Shown here: positions 10,228 through 18,301 of the stretch, in pieces
How the letters are laid out: each line of letters begins with the position of its first letter
How positions within the stretch are numbered: the stretch's first letter is position 1
Source of the DNA: Alphaproteobacteria bacterium
Lineage (GTDB): Bacteria > Pseudomonadota > Alphaproteobacteria > Caulobacterales > Caulobacteraceae
Direction of reading: 5' to 3'
Length of the DNA: 50,872 bases
Assembly (NCBI GenBank): GCA_043740635.1
Contig: JAYUBY010000323.1
Span: forward strand, 1 to 50,872
Made by a program: the position numbers and the translations under genes
The notes under the pieces: model-generated
Database searches by the model: none
What the model was told of the DNA's origin: nothing
What the model saw: only the letters and a program-made list of their open reading frames with translations

Positions 10228-10335
10228 TTAGAGCCCGGCCATCAGGTGGCGCAGCGCCGAGGGCGGCAACCGATCCAACTCACGGACCAGCGGCGCGAAC
10301 ATCGCGGTCAGGGCGCGTTCAATTGCGGTGATCAT
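10228..10335 (-). CDS. 35-aa small protein MITAIERALTAMFAPLVRELDRLPPSALRHLMAGL
   Basis: AGAGGAG RBS 8 nt upstream of the ATG, mostly G/C-ending codons, downstream terminator with minus-strand U-tract. Confidence 0.65.
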   Translation of the reverse strand: MITAIERALTAMFAPLVRELDRLPPSALRHLMAGL

Positions 10336-10352
10336 TGTGAACACTCCTCTTG

Positions 10353-10376
10353 TGCATCGCAGCATTGTGCAGTGCA
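10353..10376. promoter_or_regulatory. Two adjacent, oppositely oriented PhaR-type boxes
   Basis: TGCATCGCAGCA (+, 10353-10364) and TGCACTGCACAA (-, 10365-10376) both match TGCRNYGCASMA 12/12. Confidence 0.6.
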
Positions 10377-10451
10377 TATAGAAAAGAATGTTGAGATTGC
10401 AAGATTTCTGACGGACAGGCTCAAACTCTTCGCTGCGACGCAGCGTCTCTG

Positions 10452-10694
10452 TCAATCATCCTCATCGTCATCCGGAACGTCGTCACTTGGCCCGGCTTCA
10501 TAGAGCAGAAGGTCACCAGGCTGGCAGTCCAGCTCGCGGCAGAGGGCCGCAAGGGTCGTAAAGCGCACGGCGCGCGCCTTACCGGTTTTCAGGATCGAGA
10601 GGTTTGCGATGGTGACGCCGACGCGGTCGGCGAGCTCGGTCAGGGACATGCGCCGCTCGAGCAACATGCGGTCGAGTTGGACACGAATTGACAT
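10452..10694 (-). CDS. Cro/C1-type (XRE, YozG-like) HTH regulator
   Basis: MSLTELADRVGVTIANLSILKTGKARAVRFTTLAALCRELDCQPGDLL. Usual partner of DUF2975. Confidence 0.93.
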   Translation of the reverse strand: MSIRVQLDRMLLERRMSLTELADRVGVTIANLSILKTGKARAVRFTTLAALCRELDCQPGDLLLYEAGPSDDVPDDDEDD

Positions 10695-10707
10695 GCTCTT
10701 AGCGCCC

Positions 10708-11232
10708 CTAGATCGTCAGCTCGGCTTCCCGTCGAAGGCGGGCACCCTCACGGAACACCTCAGCCAACACGAAGACCACCAGAACCGAAAACCAGGCGGT
10801 GAGGTTGAAGTTAGGCTGGACGCGCGTAACGCCCGGCATGAACGGGCTCAGTCCCCAGACGCAATAGCGGCCGATCTCCAGCGCCGCCAGCATCAGGCCA
10901 ATCAGGCGCAACCGGCCTACATTGGTCGGATGGAATGGGTCGCCTGCGGTCAGCGTCATAAAAATCCGTCGCAGAGAATGGACGATGACTAGGACGCCGC
11001 CGATCGAAAGGCCGAAGACCAGAAGCACGCCGGCAAATAGCGGCCCGCGGGTCGCGAACGTCGCTGCGTTCTTGCCCAGCAAGTGGGGGAAGAGGTCGGG
11101 GTTAAAGCTGAACAGCAGCGCGGCGAGAAGGGCCAGCGCCACGGCGCCGAGGGCGATCCAGAGGGCGGCGAAGACCACGTCCAGGATGATCTTCAGGAAA
11201 CTCGAGACCGATCCCGGTCCAAGTGCGCGCAT
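10708..11232 (-). CDS. DUF2975-family membrane protein
   Basis: Four hydrophobic segments, GDPFHPTNVGRLRLIG, LAEVFREGARLRREAELTI. GGGAGG RBS. Confidence 0.9.
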   Translation of the reverse strand: MRALGPGSVSSFLKIILDVVFAALWIALGAVALALLAALLFSFNPDLFPHLLGKNAATFATRGPLFAGVLLVFGLSIGGVLVIVHSLRRIFMTLTAGDPFHPTNVGRLRLIGLMLAALEIGRYCVWGLSPFMPGVTRVQPNFNLTAWFSVLVVFVLAEVFREGARLRREAELTI

Positions 11233-11320
11233 TCATAGCCTCCCTCCCCCAAACCCCGCCCGGGCTGGACCCGAATGGGCGTCAGCTTGGGCGGGTGGGA
11301 CGAACCCTAAGGCGAGGAGC

Positions 11321-11428
11321 CTAGTGGATCGAAGCGGCGGCGGCGACAGCCACCATTGGCGTCACGGCGAGCACCATGAAGATGCTGAACGAGGCGCGGT
11401 CGAGAGCCTTCATAACGGTGGAAAACAC
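11321..11428 (-). CDS. 35-aa small hydrophobic protein (M)FSTVMKALDRASFSIFMVLAVTPMVAVAAAASIH
   Basis: GTG start preceded by GAAGGA, one hydrophobic segment, GC-rich hairpin (~11254-11295) downstream. Confidence 0.55.
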   Translation of the reverse strand: MFSTVMKALDRASFSIFMVLAVTPMVAVAAAASIH

Positions 11429-11451
11429 AATCGTAGTCCTTCTGACAGTCA

Positions 11452-11463
11452 TGCTGCGGTGCA
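11452..11463 (-). promoter_or_regulatory. PhaR-type box upstream of the small ORF 11321-11428
   Basis: Minus strand TGCACCGCAGCA matches TGCRNYGCASMA 12/12. Confidence 0.55.
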
Positions 11464-11620
11464 GCGTTTTTTTGGGGCGATTTCTCGCTCCGATGACGAT
11501 AGCTGGTATTCTCGTATCGATTAGCAATCAAATTAACATCGAGTAACGATACTAAACTTTCGCAATGCAACACGACGGAGCGCGGCTATGGTCCCGAAGG
11601 CTTAAAGGAGGCGTGAATCG

Positions 11621-12220
11621 ATGGCGCTGAAGTTGGAGGCCGGGACACGGCTGGTCGTAGCCACCCACAACGCCGGCAAGGCGCGAGAGTTGGCCGAAAT
11701 CCTCGAGAACCGCTTCGAACTGGTGACCGCGGGCGCGCTTGGCCTGGCCGAGCCGGACGAGACCGAGACAACATTCGTGGGCAATGCCTTGCTCAAGGCC
11801 CGTGCCGCAGCAGAGGCCAGCGGATTGGTCGCGCTGGCTGATGATTCCGGACTATCCGTGGCTGCCCTCGACGGCGCGCCAGGAATTTATTCGGCACGCT
11901 GGGCCGGCCCCGGGCGTGACTTCACCGAGGCTATGAACAAGGTCGAGGCGCGGCTGGAGGAGGCCGACGCTCAGGATTTCTCAGCCTGGTTCACTTGCGC
12001 GCTCGCGGTGGCCTGGCCCGGCGGCCCCGCCGTGGTGGTCGAGGGCCGCGTCGACGGATCTCTGATTTTCCCGCCTCGAGGCGAAAATGGCTTCGGCTAC
12101 GATCCGATCTTCGTGCCCGAGGGGCTGGACCGGACGTTCGGCGAGATCGAGCCCCTGCAGAAAGACGGTATGAGCCACCGCGCCCGCGCCTTCGCCAAAC
12201 TCAAGGCCGCACTCTTGTGA
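11621..12220 (+). CDS. rdgB: Non-canonical purine NTP pyrophosphatase (HAM1/RdgB)
   Basis: [50 protein letters not shown]. Confidence 0.97.
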   Translation: MALKLEAGTRLVVATHNAGKARELAEILENRFELVTAGALGLAEPDETETTFVGNALLKARAAAEASGLVALADDSGLSVAALDGAPGIYSARWAGPGRDFTEAMNKVEARLEEADAQDFSAWFTCALAVAWPGGPAVVVEGRVDGSLIFPPRGENGFGYDPIFVPEGLDRTFGEIEPLQKDGMSHRARAFAKLKAALL

Positions 12221-13359
12221 CGAGTGGACCGAAGCTGGGCCTCTACGTGCACTGGCCCTACTGCGCGCGCGTCTGCCCCTATTGCGACTTCAACGTCTTC
12301 AAGAACCGCCAGGGTGAGGAGCCGGCAGACCTGGTCCGCGCCATCATTACCGATCTCGAGACCCAGGCCGCGATCACCGGGCCTCGGGAGCTGGCCTCGA
12401 TCTTCCTGGGCGGTGGTACGCCCTCGCTGATGGATCCCGCCTGGGCAGGCGAGATCATTGCCGCGGCACAGCGCTGCTGGACACCGGCGGTGGATCTTGA
12501 GGTGACGCTGGAGGCCAACCCAACCGACGCCGAGGCTGCTCGTTTTGCCGCCTTCGCCGACGCCGGAGTGAACCGCCTATCGCTGGGTCTGCAGTCGTTG
12601 GACGATGCGGCGCTTAAGTTCCTCGGCCGCAACCATGACGCGGCAACCGCCACCCGCGCGGCCCAAGCCGCGACTGCGGCCTTCCCGCGCCTGTCCATCG
12701 ACATGATATACGCCCGGCCGGGCCAGACGCCTGCCGCCTGGATGCAGGAGCTACAGGCCGCCCTCGACCTGGGCGCCGAGCACGTCTCGCCCTACCAGCT
12801 GACAATCGAGGCTGGCACCGCCTTCGATCGGGCTGTGCGCCGAGGCCTGTTCTCGCCGCCCAACGGAGAGCTTGGCGCGGAACTGTTCGACACGACCCAA
12901 CGCGTGCTCGAAGCCGCCGGTTTCGACGCATACGAGGTTTCCAACCACGCACACGGCGAGGCCGCCCGCTCGCGCCACAACTTGATCTACTGGCAGGGCG
13001 ACGACTACCTCGGCGCAGGTCCCGGCGCACATGGGCGCATCACCCGGGACGGCGTGCGCAACGCGACCCACGCCGCTGCGAAACCTGCCGACTACATCGC
13101 CCGCGTCGCCGACACCGGTCTGGGGTTCGCCACCCCCGAGCTACTTGACGCGCGCGAGACGGCGCAGGAGCGCCTGCTGAGCGGCCTGCGAATCACTGAT
13201 GGCGTGCCTCTGGCCGATGTGGCGGCCCTGGAAATCCTGCCGGAGCGCATCGTCGATCTGAAGTCTCTAGGCCTGCTCGCAGACGACCCACTTCGTCTCC
13301 GCGCCACGCCTGCGGGCCGCTTGGTGCTCGATCGACTGACGACTGAACTGGCAACCTAG
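12217..13359 (+). CDS. hemW: Radical SAM heme chaperone HemW
   Basis: [41 protein letters not shown] start overlaps the rdgB stop (GTGA). Confidence 0.95.
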   Translation: MTSGPKLGLYVHWPYCARVCPYCDFNVFKNRQGEEPADLVRAIITDLETQAAITGPRELASIFLGGGTPSLMDPAWAGEIIAAAQRCWTPAVDLEVTLEANPTDAEAARFAAFADAGVNRLSLGLQSLDDAALKFLGRNHDAATATRAAQAATAAFPRLSIDMIYARPGQTPAAWMQELQAALDLGAEHVSPYQLTIEAGTAFDRAVRRGLFSPPNGELGAELFDTTQRVLEAAGFDAYEVSNHAHGEAARSRHNLIYWQGDDYLGAGPGAHGRITRDGVRNATHAAAKPADYIARVADTGLGFATPELLDARETAQERLLSGLRITDGVPLADVAALEILPERIVDLKSLGLLADDPLRLRATPAGRLVLDRLTTELAT

Positions 13360-13399
13360 CCGCTTGCCTTATTCTTCGTTCGCGGCGAACCCTCCGGCC

Positions 13400-14269
13400 A
13401 TGGCCCCACGTCTTCCGCCTCCCGACCTGGATAGCTCAGCTCTGACGGCGGGGCTCTATGTGGTCGCCACTCCGATCGGCAACCTGCGGGACATCACACT
13501 CAGGGCTCTCGACGTCCTGGCCGCCGCAGACCTGGTGCTGGCAGAGGACACTCGGGTAGCCGGCAAGCTTCTGCAGGCCTATGGCCTTTCGGCCAAACTT
13601 GAACGCTACGACGAACATGGCGCTGAACGCACCAGGCCCAAGGCCATGGCGGCGTTGGCCGAGGGCAAGACCGTAGCCTTGGTCTCCGACGCCGGGACGC
13701 CGTTGGTCTCAGATCCCGGCTACAAGCTTGTTCGCGAAGCTGCCGCCGAGGGGTATCCGGTGTTCCCGATCCCGGGGGCTTCTGCCCTATTGGCGGGGCT
13801 GTCAGCAGCAGGCCTGCCCACCGACCGCTTCCTCTTTGCGGGCTTTCCGCCGCCCAAAAGCGCGGCGCGACGGACGTTTCTGGAGGAGCTCGCGCCGATT
13901 CGCTCGACCCTGGTGTTCTTCGAGGGTGGCTCGCGGTTGGCGGCGAGCCTGGCTGACATGGCCGCCGTCCTGGGCGACCGTGAGGCCGTTGTCTGCCGCG
14001 AGCTCACCAAACTCTACGAGACCTTCTACCGTGGGCCGCTGCGCATCTTGGCCGACGACCCCAAGCTAGACGCACCGAAGGGCGAGATCGTGATCCTGGT
14101 TGGGCCGGGCCGCGAGGTGGAAGCGACAGCGGGCGACATTGACACTGCGCTTGCCGACGCACTGACCCGACTGCGCCCCGCCGAAGCCGCCGCCGAAGTG
14201 GCCAAGGCGCTGGGCTTGTCCCGCCGTGATGTCTACCAGCGGGCCATGGCGATTAGGGCGGGTCGATGA
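13400..14269 (+). CDS. rsmI: 16S rRNA (C1402-2'-O)-methyltransferase
   Basis: LYVVATPIGNLRDITLRAL, AEDTR, VSDAGTPLVSDPG, RELTKLYE, PKGEIV. Confidence 0.97.
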   Translation: MAPRLPPPDLDSSALTAGLYVVATPIGNLRDITLRALDVLAAADLVLAEDTRVAGKLLQAYGLSAKLERYDEHGAERTRPKAMAALAEGKTVALVSDAGTPLVSDPGYKLVREAAAEGYPVFPIPGASALLAGLSAAGLPTDRFLFAGFPPPKSAARRTFLEELAPIRSTLVFFEGGSRLAASLADMAAVLGDREAVVCRELTKLYETFYRGPLRILADDPKLDAPKGEIVILVGPGREVEATAGDIDTALADALTRLRPAEAAAEVAKALGLSRRDVYQRAMAIRAGR

Positions 14270-14436
14270 GGGGTGGGGGTCGCGCTGCCCACGGGATCGC
14301 GTCTCGCAGGGCTGGCTGGCGTGCCGAATTCATCGCGGCGCTGCGTCGGAAGGTCGGCCGGGCTGAGATCGATCTCATAGCTCTCGCCCTCGCCAGGCTA
14401 CCTATGCATAGTCCCGACGCCTGGAAGGGCGGGTGA
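14266..14436 (+). pseudogene. yraN: YraN-family nuclease remnant with internal in-frame deletions (56 aa)
   Basis: MRGGGRAAHGIASRRAGWRAEFIAAL|RRKVGRAEIDL|IALALARLPMHSPDAWKGG*. Retains G..AE..AA, EIDL and the C-terminal PxHxxDAW, but lacks the GYxI segment and the FVEVK core. Sits in the usual rsmI-yraN-gshB position with an ATGA overlap. Confidence 0.8.
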
Positions 14437-14440
14437 GGGA

Positions 14441-15256
14441 ATGGGCCGCGAAGAGGCTGAAACCATCCTCAAGGACGCTGGCCATGGCGCCGACAGCGAC
14501 TTCCCACTTCTGGAAGCCGCAATCGCTTGCGCCATCCACGAAGATCCCAGTCGCGATCCGCGAGCCGCGTATGACCTGGGAGCGGCTGGGGCTGATCGGC
14601 TCGCCCAGCGCCTGAAAGAGGAAAGCGGTGAAGAGGCCCTGGCCGAAGCGATGGCCGGCGATCTGCGACTGACTGGCGACCTCCTCTCCTACGAGGCCCC
14701 GGAAAACGCCGACATCATCTCGGTGGCCGAGCGACGCAAGGGCTTGGCCGTGGCTTTGGGGGTCTTCTACCTGCACGCCGCCCGCCGATGTGCGCTGACG
14801 GTGCAAGGCGTCGATTTCCCTGGCCATTTCCTGCTGCGCATCGAGACGGAGGAAGGCCCAATAGCGCTGGACCCCTTCTCCGAGGGCCGTGTCGTCCTGC
14901 CGTCGGAGCTGACGCGCCGCGCCCTACACGCCGGCCTGACCCCAAACGTCGCCGACCGCCTGGACCGACTCATGGCTCCGGTCAGCGACCGCGCCGTCCT
15001 TCTGCGCCTCCAGAACACCATCTACGCCCGGGCCAGTCAGGCGCGCGAGTTCGACCGCGCTGAACGCTCGGCGCTGCGTCGCGCCCTGCTCGATCCTAGC
15101 GACCACCGCCCTTGGCTCGACGTCGCTGCTGCCCGTGAGGGTCAGGGGGCGCTGGCCGGATCGCTGGAAGCCCTGGCTCGCGCCACCGCGCTCGACGGCG
15201 GCGCCACTTTGGCCGCCCGGGCCCAGCGCGAGCGAGTGAGGCTGCAGCTGAACTAG
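14441..15256 (+). CDS. SirB1/transglutaminase-like protein with TPR tail
   Basis: ERRKGLAVALGVFY, GVDFPGHFLLR, LDPFSEGR, LLRLQNTI. Confidence 0.88.
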   Translation: MGREEAETILKDAGHGADSDFPLLEAAIACAIHEDPSRDPRAAYDLGAAGADRLAQRLKEESGEEALAEAMAGDLRLTGDLLSYEAPENADIISVAERRKGLAVALGVFYLHAARRCALTVQGVDFPGHFLLRIETEEGPIALDPFSEGRVVLPSELTRRALHAGLTPNVADRLDRLMAPVSDRAVLLRLQNTIYARASQAREFDRAERSALRRALLDPSDHRPWLDVAAAREGQGALAGSLEALARATALDGGATLAARAQRERVRLQLN

Positions 15257-15328
15257 GCAAGCGGCGACTGGCGCCCGGCCCCGGCCCAGCCTATGTCCCG
15301 AAGCGTCAAGGTCGCCAGGAGCGCAGGC

Positions 15329-16276
15329 ATGTCTCTGAAGGTCGCGGTGCAGATGGATCCCATCGAGGGGATCAACATCGAAGGCGACACGACGTTTCTG
15401 ATGATGGAGTCCGCCCAGGCGCGAGGCCACAGTCTGTTCGTCTACACCACTGATACGCTAGCCATGGACGAGGGCCGGGTCTTCGCCCGCGGACGCGGCG
15501 TCACGGTCCAGCGGCGGCATGGCGACCATGCCGCGCTAAGCGCCTTCAAGCGGGTCGACCTGTCGGCCTTCGACGTGATCCTGCTGCGCCAGGACCCGCC
15601 GTTCGACATGAACTACATCGACTCGACCTTCTTCCTGGAGAAGGTCCACCCAAAAACTCTGGTGGTGAATGACCCGGTGGAGGTTCGGAATGCACCGGAA
15701 AAACTGTTCGTCACCGACTTCCCGGCCTTGCAGCCACCGACCTTGATCACCTCGGACCGCGAGGCGATCGCCGACTTCCGCGCGCGGCACGGCGATGTGG
15801 TGCTGAAACCCCTCAACGGGCGTGGCGGCTCCGGCGTGACACGGCACCTCGCGGACGATCCGAATCTCGAGGCTTTGCTGGAAATACACGCCGAGCTGAG
15901 CCGTGAACCGGTGATCTTGCAGAAGTTCCTGCCGTCCGTGACCAAGGGCGACAAGCGCATCCTACTGATTGACGGCGAGGCCGTGGGCGCGATCAACCGG
16001 GTGCCGCAGAAGGGCCAGATTCGCTCCAACCTGGCGGTTGGCGGCAGGGCCGAAGCGGTGGAACTCACCGCGCGCGACCGCGAAATCTGCGCGACCATCG
16101 GCCCCGAGCTGAAGCGTCGCGGTCTGCTGTTTGTCGGCATCGACGTCATCGGTGATCACCTGACCGAGATCAACGTCACCTCGCCCACAGGGGCGGTGGC
16201 GTTGAAAGCGTTCACCGGTATCGACGCCACAGACATCCTCTGGCAACGGATTGAAAGCCTTCGCGCTAGCGCCTAG
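15329..16276 (+). CDS. gshB: Glutathione synthetase
   Basis: [48 protein letters not shown]. Confidence 0.98.
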   Translation: MSLKVAVQMDPIEGINIEGDTTFLMMESAQARGHSLFVYTTDTLAMDEGRVFARGRGVTVQRRHGDHAALSAFKRVDLSAFDVILLRQDPPFDMNYIDSTFFLEKVHPKTLVVNDPVEVRNAPEKLFVTDFPALQPPTLITSDREAIADFRARHGDVVLKPLNGRGGSGVTRHLADDPNLEALLEIHAELSREPVILQKFLPSVTKGDKRILLIDGEAVGAINRVPQKGQIRSNLAVGGRAEAVELTARDREICATIGPELKRRGLLFVGIDVIGDHLTEINVTSPTGAVALKAFTGIDATDILWQRIESLRASA

Positions 16277-16331
16277 GTTGTCACCCGAAGACGCACTGCC
16301 AAGTCACGGAATCGTCTCAGTTACCTCAAAA

Positions 16332-16346
16332 GTTCTGCTTTAGTTC
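16332..16346 (+). promoter_or_regulatory. Alphaproteobacterial LexA (SOS) box
   Basis: GTTC-TGCTTTA-GTTC, i.e. GTTC-N7-GTTC, in an AT-rich intergenic patch after gshB. Confidence 0.6.
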
Positions 16347-16377
16347 TTGATCTGAGCGCGGCGGCGCGGCCCGAACT

Positions 16378-16386
16378 TGTGGATAA
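16378..16386 (-). promoter_or_regulatory. Single consensus DnaA box
   Basis: TGTGGATAA, the reverse complement of TTATCCACA. Confidence 0.35.
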
Positions 16387-16438
16387 CTCGTACTGGGTGA
16401 CAAGGGCTGGGACCGCAGCGTCTTGGCCGAACGCTGAT

Positions 16439-16909
16439 TTACCCGCGCGTTGCGCCTGGCCCGGTCCTGGCGTCGCCGACAAGCGCGAGCTGACGCGTGC
16501 CGCGCCAAGTGTTCCAGGTTCCAACACCAACTGAAAAGAACACCCATTGGCTCCAGATGACCTGGCCCGTCGCATAGGCCCACGCGCGAACGCCGGGGTC
16601 GACGATCCGGGCAATGTGGGTGACGACGCAGAGAAGTTGAAATGCGGCCGCCGCCAACGGCCAGTAACGCTTTGTACGCAGAGCGAGCACGAGGAGTAGA
16701 AGGAACAGGCAGGTATCGGCTCCGAACGCGCCCCACTGGGTGCCGATCCAGCGCGGATCACGCAGCACCATGGTGGTTAGCCAGCTCAGCATCAGGCCGC
16801 CGGCGGCGACCTGCTCCTCACGGCCACCCTTCCAGAACGCTCCGCCGCCGACGATGACGGCGATCGCCAGTCCGACCCAGGGCGGCAGGGCGTAATTGTG
16901 CAGCTGCAA
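16439..16909 (-). CDS. Small multi-pass membrane protein of unknown function
   Basis: About 5 hydrophobic segments; AFWKGGREEQVAAG, LALRTKRYWPLAAAAFQLLCVVTH. Same strand as the two upstream genes; start uncertain. Confidence 0.8.
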   Translation of the reverse strand: MQLHNYALPPWVGLAIAVIVGGGAFWKGGREEQVAAGGLMLSWLTTMVLRDPRWIGTQWGAFGADTCLFLLLLVLALRTKRYWPLAAAAFQLLCVVTHIARIVDPGVRAWAYATGQVIWSQWVFFSVGVGTWNTWRGTRQLALVGDARTGPGATRG

Positions 16910-16977
16910 AGGAGGGGACCCCCGGCAAGAGCCGAGGCTCCAATCTGACAGACCCCACTGGCCGAAGGAATGGGATT

Positions 16978-17355
16978 CTAGGCGGCGCGGATAGCGCGAA
17001 GGGCTCGACGGCCGACTTGGGGTTGCTCGTCACTGGCGAACATCGGAGGCGGCTTCTGACCACTGCCCGGGTCCGTCATCGTGATCGCGCCAAGACCGAT
17101 CTGGGCCTGAACGATCGAGAGTTCCTTGTGGGTCTCCACGATAGCCCGGCGAGCATCGGCAAGCGCCGCGATCGCCTGACTGGCGCGTTCGACAGCGTCC
17201 TGCCCAATGAGGGCCGAGGCGCCTGCCTGTTTGCGTAGTGACGGCATGATGCCCGCGAGAGCGGCGGTTTTGGCGAGAGCCATATCAATGGCGGCTTCAG
17301 CTTCGAACAGGACGCCCGCGACTTGTTCGGCGACCAAACGGCGTTGCTTGAGCAT
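16978..17355 (-). CDS. Hypothetical alpha-helical protein (125 aa)
   Basis: AGGAGA RBS; Ala-rich helical sequence MLKQRRLVAEQVAGVLFEAEAAIDMALAK...LIGQDAV...ARRAIVETHKEL; Gly/Pro tail GSGQKPPP. Confidence 0.88.
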   Translation of the reverse strand: MLKQRRLVAEQVAGVLFEAEAAIDMALAKTAALAGIMPSLRKQAGASALIGQDAVERASQAIAALADARRAIVETHKELSIVQAQIGLGAITMTDPGSGQKPPPMFASDEQPQVGRRALRAIRAA

Positions 17356-17427
17356 GAGGTCTCTCCTGCGCGCGTCGGAATGCGACGCGCGCTTAGGTGT
17401 TTACGGGGGATATGGTTTCCGTCCGGT

Positions 17428-18204
17428 TCAGACCCGGAAAAAAGTCCGCCCGAGGTCCGAGAGAGCGTGGAGCCCCGCCAGCATGCCCCCGAACGCGAGG
17501 GCGGTGATGACTGCGATCGCCACAATCGTCCCGATCCGAGCGGCGGGACTCAGATCATTGCGGTCGAGCCAAGTTCGGGTTCCGATTTGAAGTTCTCGTC
17601 GAGCAGAACCCAGGTCATACAGAGCACTTCCCGCAAGACCATTTCCGAAGGCTTGAACGCCGCCAGCTTCCGCGTGCCGGACACGAGGTGCTGGACCATC
17701 TTGGCTTGCGCCGGGGTCGCCGCCAGATCGACGAGCTGTCGCTCCAATTGCGCCCAGGTAAAGGTCGGAAGGGCTTCCTCCCGGGCCGGCGGGTTCGGCC
17801 AGCGGGCCTCGAAATCGTCGATTTCCTGGCGGAGACGTAGAGCTCTGCCGATCACCGCGCGGTTGTCGAAGTTCTGCCAGTCGCCCATCAGCCTGTTCCT
17901 CTGTTGCCGACTCATCCGGCCAGAGGTTAGCGGCCTCGTCTGTCCTGATCGCGTCGTGTCCTGATCCGGTCAGGACACGGTTAACGTCAAGCTGCCGAGC
18001 AAGGCGCGCTGCGGAGTAGCGATCTTCAACGCCCAGCTTGCGACGTGCGCGATCGCAATAAGTGTCCACAGAGGTCTTGGACATTCCCAGCTGCCGAGCA
18101 ATTTGCTTGGACGAAAGATGCTGGTCGACCAACCGCAGGCATTCGCGCTCACGAGGCGTTAGCAGCGCCACCGATTCCTCGGAAATTATGTCTCGTGCGA
18201 CCAT
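17428..18204 (-). CDS. LuxR-type HTH protein with long linker and C-terminal transmembrane anchor (258 aa)
   Basis: N-terminal LTPRERECLRLVDQHLSSKQIARQLGMSKTSVDTYCDRARRKLGVEDRYSAAR (LuxR HTH) and C-terminal RNDLSPAARIGTIVAIAVITALAFGGMLAGLHAL (TM helix) in the same uninterrupted frame. Confidence 0.85.
   Translation of the reverse strand: MVARDIISEESVALLTPRERECLRLVDQHLSSKQIARQLGMSKTSVDTYCDRARRKLGVEDRYSAARLARQLDVNRVLTGSGHDAIRTDEAANLWPDESATEEQADGRLAELRQPRGDRQSSTSPPGNRRFRGPLAEPAGPGGSPSDLYLGAIGATARRSGGDPGASQDGPAPRVRHAEAGGVQAFGNGLAGSALYDLGSARRELQIGTRTWLDRNDLSPAARIGTIVAIAVITALAFGGMLAGLHALSDLGRTFFRV
17550..17888 (-). CDS. 112-aa hypothetical protein nested inside the LuxR-TM gene (same strand, shifted frame)
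   Basis: GAGGA RBS 8 nt before the ATG. First 14 codons all end in G/C. Globular helical sequence MGDWQNFDNRAVIGRALRLRQEIDDFEARWP...FTWAQLERQLVDLA...FKPSEMVLREVLCMTWVLLDENF. Confidence 0.75.
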   Translation of the reverse strand: MGDWQNFDNRAVIGRALRLRQEIDDFEARWPNPPAREEALPTFTWAQLERQLVDLAATPAQAKMVQHLVSGTRKLAAFKPSEMVLREVLCMTWVLLDENFKSEPELGSTAMI

Positions 18205-18301
18205 AGTGGTAGCAGTTAACGACGAGTTGGCGCTCGCGTCTACTTTAACGCGAAGACCAAAGTGGGTTCCGCTACGCTCTGACACACCAAGAGGGCTCGC
18301 A

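Noticed and set aside
11995-12216. Extended N-terminus of hemW, and likewise 33500-33661 of the RND permease and 26001-26108 of the adaptor
   Set aside because: Extensions overlap upstream genes and are Arg/Pro-rich off-frame sequence; internal starts match family N-termini.
16378-16386. Replication origin suggested by a DnaA box and nearby dnaN
   Set aside because: Single box, no cluster, no extended AT-rich unwinding region or CtrA site array.
17323-17964. 213-aa + strand ORF over the nested-gene region (possible third coding layer)
   Set aside because: No RBS or recognisable motif and Ser/Arg-rich composition; antisense shadow.
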